Source: a virus. From it: 64,000 nt of DNA. Every line of letters starts with the position of its first letter. Positions within the stretch are counted from its first letter, which is position 1. Positions 59,206-64,000 of this stretch are shown piece by piece. A model generated the notes under the pieces. The model was not told the origin of the DNA and ran no database searches. It saw only the letters and a list, made by a program, of their open reading frames with translations. A program made the position numbers and the translations under genes. Where the stretch lies: IMG/VR virus record IMGVR_UViG_3300025418_001265, positions 1 to 64,000 of that record; one strand, given 5' to 3'.

Positions 59206-60976
59206 ATCTTAGAAACCTGTTACCTAAGATACTTGGTACGGTTGTACCAGGATAACGCCATCCCTGTTCGTGTAATTCATCTAGGTCAGAGTTAACCTGA
59301 TCATTTGGTTTATTACCAATAAAGACAGGATTGTACGGTACTATGTTTTCTTCTTTTTCTGTACCAAACTTTCTATACATTTCAGATGGCTTTGGAAAAC
59401 TCACTACAAAAGGGTCCCAGTTGTTAGGTAACATTTTTAACGGTCTACCATTAGCATCTTGCTGAGTTACTTCATAGAATTGTTCTACTACTTTAGGTTC
59501 TAATATAAACATTGCCCATATAAGAGCTTCTACTCTATCGTCCAAATACTTATCTGATTGTTTCTTCCACACCCCGTTATCTTGACGTATGTATGTTTTA
59601 AATTCGTTTATAGTTTCCTTATCGTATAGTTTAACGCAGCGCAATACGTTCATCCAATAACGAAAATTGGACATTGAATTAAACTTACTATTAGTATGAG
59701 CGTAAACACCTAAGCGATTATCCTTTTCAGCTTTTTCAGTGAACGAACCCATACTTGGAGTATACTTTACTATATTAGGATATTGATGAGTATTAACTAA
59801 AGCATCTATAACAGATGCACCGCAATTATTGCGTTCAATTAGCAACGGTGGGTTACCCCATTGACCGGCTATTTCTAATAATTTCCCAGCAAAATTAAAC
59901 GGGTCTAGTTTATTATTAGCATATGTAGCGACCTGTTCTATGTTAGTTAAATCTGTTACATCTACTACCTGTATAACAGAGTTAGCTCTACCAATACCTT
60001 CTCCAACGTCAACACCTATACTATAGAAGTGTCCGTCGATATGATCTTTGTATATTTTAAATGTATTTTCATCATCTACAAACACAGGTTCCGGTGCATT
60101 AGCAGCGAGTTCATCTAACTGGTCTTTATCGAATATGTTTTCACCAGCCGCTCTAAACTCATTACCATATTCTTGATTAAAAGCTTCCACAGAACCTAGC
60201 GCTCTTGCAGTCATTTCTTTCCATTGTTCATCTCTACCAGGTACCTCCCACCAGTCTACTCTTTCACTATGCCAGCCGTTTTTATTTGCAACTGCATCTG
60301 TGTATGTGTTAAAAAATAAATTGCCTACACCGTTAGGGGTAGATAGCATAAAAATTTTTGATTTTTTAGAAGACGAAATAACAGGAAATACCGATTCCCA
60401 AAAGTCGTCCATAAACTCTGGTGGAATAAAGGCGGCTTCGTCTATGAGTAGACAATTAATAGACTCACCTCTGGCAGCATCAGATGTCGTAGTACTAATA
60501 CCAATTGAACTACCATTAGCTAGTACTAAGCCTGTTTTAGCATATTCTATTACACCAGGCTTCATATAATTGGGTAACATTTCATATGCTAAACGAATAC
60601 GTTTAAATATATTAATAGCAGTGCCTTCTTTATTAGCAATTAATAGTACTCGAAAATCGTCTTGGAAGCAAACCATCCACAAAGCAAATATAGTTAAAAT
60701 GGTAGTTTTACCAATTTGACGGCTTGCTAACACAACGTTAAATCTATTTTCTACTAGGGCTTTTAATATACGTTTTTGGTAAGGGTAAAGTTTAATTGGT
60801 TGTTTGCCTTCGTCTAGATTAACAATATAAAAGAAACGAGAGAAGTGTAATATAGATTTGCGAGCTCTTTCTAGATCTTCCACCATTTCTGGTGTCCAGT
60901 TAAATTGTGTTTCTGGAACAGGTAAGTTCTTATTACCTAAGTAGAACGTTGTCTGATCTTTTTTTGCCCGTGGCAT
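59204..60976 (-). CDS. terL: Terminase large subunit (T4 gp17-like)
   Basis: LYPYQ, SRQIGKTT (Walker A), LLIDEAAF (Walker B), STPNG, GVDVGEG nuclease motif. Confidence 0.96.
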   Translation of the reverse strand: MPRAKKDQTTFYLGNKNLPVPETQFNWTPEMVEDLERARKSILHFSRFFYIVNLDEGKQPIKLYPYQKRILKALVENRFNVVLASRQIGKTTILTIFALWMVCFQDDFRVLLIANKEGTAINIFKRIRLAYEMLPNYMKPGVIEYAKTGLVLANGSSIGISTTTSDAARGESINCLLIDEAAFIPPEFMDDFWESVFPVISSSKKSKIFMLSTPNGVGNLFFNTYTDAVANKNGWHSERVDWWEVPGRDEQWKEMTARALGSVEAFNQEYGNEFRAAGENIFDKDQLDELAANAPEPVFVDDENTFKIYKDHIDGHFYSIGVDVGEGIGRANSVIQVVDVTDLTNIEQVATYANNKLDPFNFAGKLLEIAGQWGNPPLLIERNNCGASVIDALVNTHQYPNIVKYTPSMGSFTEKAEKDNRLGVYAHTNSKFNSMSNFRYWMNVLRCVKLYDKETINEFKTYIRQDNGVWKKQSDKYLDDRVEALIWAMFILEPKVVEQFYEVTQQDANGRPLKMLPNNWDPFVVSFPKPSEMYRKFGTEKEENIVPYNPVFIGNKPNDQVNSDLDELHEQGWRYPGTTVPSILGNRFLR

Positions 60977-61020
60977 ACTAATACTTATATGGATATTTTA
61001 TAAATCCAATATAAATCACA

Positions 61021-61719
61021 GTGATGAATGGCTTATCACTTACCGGAAACAAGTTTAACACTGAAGGTTATTGGCGTACGCCTTTATTAAATTATATTGA
61101 TATTAGGTTTACACACGGCCCTAATCCAGTTTATCCTGGGCCAGAGTTCTTAGAATTATTTGATCAAGAAGGGTACGTAATAACGAGACTAGAGCAAAAC
61201 TATGCGGAAGTTAATGGTACCCAGCTAGACTTACATTATAAAGATCAGCATTGTATAAAGAGAAAATGGATGGTACAGGATGAAGCGTATATTAAAAAAG
61301 AAGGCGTATTTACCGGGGCTTGTCTTAACCATAGTCTATTTCTTGAACGTAGAGGCTTTGCTGATAAAGCTTTAGAACAACTTAAAGAGTGGGCTGTATG
61401 GAACACTCAAATGTATAAGCTTATTAATTTAAAACCAAAATGGGGTATAGACTTTTCAATAGACTACACTGATAAAGAAGGTAACGCTATTGAAGTAATA
61501 CATTACGAGCACGATGAGTTTAGCCTTGATGCTATAGAAGAACGTAGAAATGAAGTAGAAGGTAAGTTTTTAAACACGGATTGGAATGATTTTGCTATTG
61601 AAATCTTAAAACGAAAAGACGAATGGATAAATCTAGATTTATTTGCACAAGGTGACTGGAAGTGTGCGTATTTAGGCATAAAAACAGACAGTCAGAAAAT
61701 GATATCCTGGGCAGTTTAA
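61021..61719 (+). CDS. Hypothetical protein
   Basis: 232-aa ORF, no motif recognised. Confidence 0.65.
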   Translation: MMNGLSLTGNKFNTEGYWRTPLLNYIDIRFTHGPNPVYPGPEFLELFDQEGYVITRLEQNYAEVNGTQLDLHYKDQHCIKRKWMVQDEAYIKKEGVFTGACLNHSLFLERRGFADKALEQLKEWAVWNTQMYKLINLKPKWGIDFSIDYTDKEGNAIEVIHYEHDEFSLDAIEERRNEVEGKFLNTDWNDFAIEILKRKDEWINLDLFAQGDWKCAYLGIKTDSQKMISWAV

Positions 61720-61748
61720 GTTGATTATTATGTAAATATCTACATAGT

Positions 61749-62816
61749 ATGTTACAAACCGATAGCAGTCTCACATTTCAGTATCACGACGAACTCAATC
61801 CGTTGATATGGGAACAGGGTGTACTTAAACCTGAAATAAAAGAAAAGCTGCTACAAACTGCAGAAGCATTTCTCGAAACTGTAGAAATACCAGTTGACGT
61901 AGAAGATATAACCTTGACTGGTTCTTTGGCTAATTACAATTACACTAATTACAGCGATTTTGACTTACATATTATAACAGATTGTAGAGAGTACAATATT
62001 AATAAAGATATACTCAAAGATTATTTTAAAGCTAAAAAAACAGTCTGGAACAGCTCTCACGAAATAAAAATCAAAGGCTACGATGTTGAGGTCTACATAC
62101 AAGACATTTTAGAGCCTCATCATTCTTCAGGTGTATATTCTATTAAAAACAATGAATGGCTAGTTAAACCGGTTAAAGCTGAACACGTTGATAAAAAAGC
62201 TATACTTAAAAAAGTAGAAGCTATGAAACAAATGATCGATCACGCATTAAGCGATGATTGTGACTTAGAGTGTGCAGAAATGGTGAAATCGAAGTTATTA
62301 AAAATGAGACAGGCCGGACTAGAAAAAGACGGAGAGTTCTCTGCGGAAAACTTAGCTTTTAAAGAGCTAAGAAGATCTAAAGATTTAGAAAGATTAATAT
62401 TAGGTGTAATTGCTAAAAAAGATAAAGAACTGTCCTTAAACCAGGAGAGTACATTTAAAAACTATTTTAGTATGCCTGGTATACAAAAAAGCGGTAAGGG
62501 TAGTCGCGGTCCTAGACACCAAGGGGTGACGGCTGGTTTAAGTAAGCTTGCAAAAGCTAATACAAAATCAGTCAATGTAGTCGCTAAAGTACATAGCGGA
62601 ATGGAGACGCCTTTTCACGAAATTGAGAATCTAAAAAAGAAACCTCAAGGTAAAACTTATATTACACCTCAACTAGCTCATACTATTACCGGTCATTACA
62701 ATATGAATATAGATAAGGTCAGTAACGGAGAACCACGCGGTTTAAGCACTAGTGGTATCAAGATCGGTTACGATCCTGTTGTAAAAAAATACTATTTAAT
62801 TAAAAATAAAAAATAA
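61749..62816 (+). CDS. Pol-beta superfamily nucleotidyltransferase-like protein with basic C-terminal extension
   Basis: LTGSLANYNY...SDFDLH (GS + DxD), third acidic residue in DVEVY. Confidence 0.75.
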   Translation: MLQTDSSLTFQYHDELNPLIWEQGVLKPEIKEKLLQTAEAFLETVEIPVDVEDITLTGSLANYNYTNYSDFDLHIITDCREYNINKDILKDYFKAKKTVWNSSHEIKIKGYDVEVYIQDILEPHHSSGVYSIKNNEWLVKPVKAEHVDKKAILKKVEAMKQMIDHALSDDCDLECAEMVKSKLLKMRQAGLEKDGEFSAENLAFKELRRSKDLERLILGVIAKKDKELSLNQESTFKNYFSMPGIQKSGKGSRGPRHQGVTAGLSKLAKANTKSVNVVAKVHSGMETPFHEIENLKKKPQGKTYITPQLAHTITGHYNMNIDKVSNGEPRGLSTSGIKIGYDPVVKKYYLIKNKK

Positions 62817-63436
62817 TGAGCGAAACTCCAAATTACCAACAAGCTATACTCAATAAAAGTAGAAAAGATAAATTTCTATTAGTGTTGGATTTGCCTGATG
62901 TTCTTAAAAAAATTAACGCAGTAAGCCAGGAAGGTAGAGAAAGTAAGAGTGTGTTTCTAGATTCTTTACAATATTCAGTTTACGGTACTGTAGTGCCTCC
63001 AACTAATATTAACGCTGCAGCTCTATCATATGCAGGCCAAACTTTAAGTCTATCTACAGGTAAGAGAGAAAAATATGCAGATATAACAGTTAACTTTACA
63101 GTTGACAATGGATTCAATAACTGGTGGGTATTGTGGAAGTGGCTGGATTATATAAACGGAGCGCAAACCAGTATACAGGATTCTGATAACTTAAACCCGG
63201 CAGCTACTGATTTTCAAGGCAGGCCATTTTATGCAAGTACCGGTAATTTACAACCTTACCAAACCACCATTAATGTGTTTGGTTTGGATGAATACAACAA
63301 TAAGAAAATCCGTTGGACGTATTCAAAAGCATTTATTACCAATTTAACTGGAATAACTTATAGTTATAGAGATGCTGAACAACTTGAGTCCTCGTTTACG
63401 TTCTCATTTAGTCAGTTAAATGCAGAATTACTTTAA
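62816..63436 (+). CDS. Tail tube / tail completion-like protein
   Basis: ITVNFTVDN...WKWLD, LDEYNNK, AFITNLTGITYSY...FTFSF; directly before the sheath gene. Confidence 0.7.
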   Translation: MSETPNYQQAILNKSRKDKFLLVLDLPDVLKKINAVSQEGRESKSVFLDSLQYSVYGTVVPPTNINAAALSYAGQTLSLSTGKREKYADITVNFTVDNGFNNWWVLWKWLDYINGAQTSIQDSDNLNPAATDFQGRPFYASTGNLQPYQTTINVFGLDEYNNKKIRWTYSKAFITNLTGITYSYRDAEQLESSFTFSFSQLNAELL

Positions 63437-63464
63437 ACTTACAGAGTTTCGTTTCGAAATAGCC

Positions 63465-63470
63465 TAAATA
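63465..63470 (+). promoter_or_regulatory. Late promoter box TAAATA for the sheath gene
   Basis: Recurrent motif, 16 nt before the ATG. Confidence 0.6.
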
Positions 63471-63486
63471 ATAGTATATCACTACT

Positions 63487-64000
63487 ATGGCAACTTTACG
63501 TACTATACAATCTCCTGGTGTACAAATTAGAGAAGTAGATCTAAGCCAAACAGCGACTTCCCCAAACGGAACAAGCGTGTTTATCGCAGGTTTTGCAGCT
63601 CAAGGACCAACGTCCGAAATTGTAACACTTACATCTGTTTCTGATTTCGCTAATATATACGGTACACCAACAAATGCCGCTGAACGTTATTTTTATTATT
63701 CTGTACAACAACAGTTTACAGGCGGTACAAACGCTCAAGTACAGGTTGCTCGCTTACCATACGGTCCTGCGTTAGGAGATGGTTTTTCAGATAAATACAG
63801 TGCTTTAGTTTACCCAGTAGTACCTGTAACAAATTCAACCCCGCTTTCTGCTGCAGTACAAGCCGGATATACAGCATTATTAAGTAATGCAACATCATAT
63901 TATTTCGGTCAACCAACATTAATAACACTTTCAGAAACTGATTACATTAATTTAAAGCAAAATAACTTATTCTGGAGTGCAAGTGCAGGTGGTAATTATC
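63487..64000 (+). CDS. Tail sheath protein (T4 gp18-like), 3'-truncated and absent from the ORF track
   Basis: Own translation MATLRTIQSPGVQIREVDLS...IAGFAAQGP...FANIYGTP...VARLPY; open to the window end. Confidence 0.92.
   Translation, partial: MATLRTIQSPGVQIREVDLSQTATSPNGTSVFIAGFAAQGPTSEIVTLTSVSDFANIYGTPTNAAERYFYYSVQQQFTGGTNAQVQVARLPYGPALGDGFSDKYSALVYPVVPVTNSTPLSAAVQAGYTALLSNATSYYFGQPTLITLSETDYINLKQNNLFWSASAGGNY

Noticed and set aside
63541-63928. Two short minus-strand ORFs
   Set aside because: Antisense to the tail sheath gene starting at 63487
1-64000. Genome-wide stop-codon reassignment (code 15 or 4)
   Set aside because: Long conserved genes are intact under code 11 and coding density is already high

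Overview
This AT-rich 64-kb window is from a large T4-like (myovirus-type) phage genome in the standard genetic code; the host cannot be determined from the sequence. 1-15.4 kb: a 5'-truncated membrane-anchored class III adenylate cyclase, then a minus-strand sugar/modification cluster (Twitch radical SAM, NodU/TobZ-type carbamoyltransferase, methyltransferase, glycosyltransferases, HAD phosphatase, SGNH protein, UDP-sugar dehydrogenase fusion). 15.4-19.2 kb: small accessory genes, sigma70-like promoters, terminators and a candidate structured RNA. 19.2-57 kb: virion/baseplate genes and seven Gly-X-Y (collagen-like) fibre genes, five with peptidase S74 chaperone tails and two dominated by Gly-[YFIW]-[ST] triplets. 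Inside this fibre region lies a compact cassette: two paralogous beta-propeller-like proteins, two unknowns, a U32 Fe-S/methyltransferase fusion, a DUF401-like transporter and a porin-like remnant. 57-64 kb: neck protein, acidic core-like protein, terminase large subunit, nucleotidyltransferase, tail tube-like protein and the start of the tail sheath. A TAA(A/G)TA late-promoter box 5-10 nt before the ATG suggests largely leaderless late mRNAs. No tRNA, CRISPR array, integrase, transposase or reverse transcriptase was seen. Family calls come from motif recognition by eye, not database searches.
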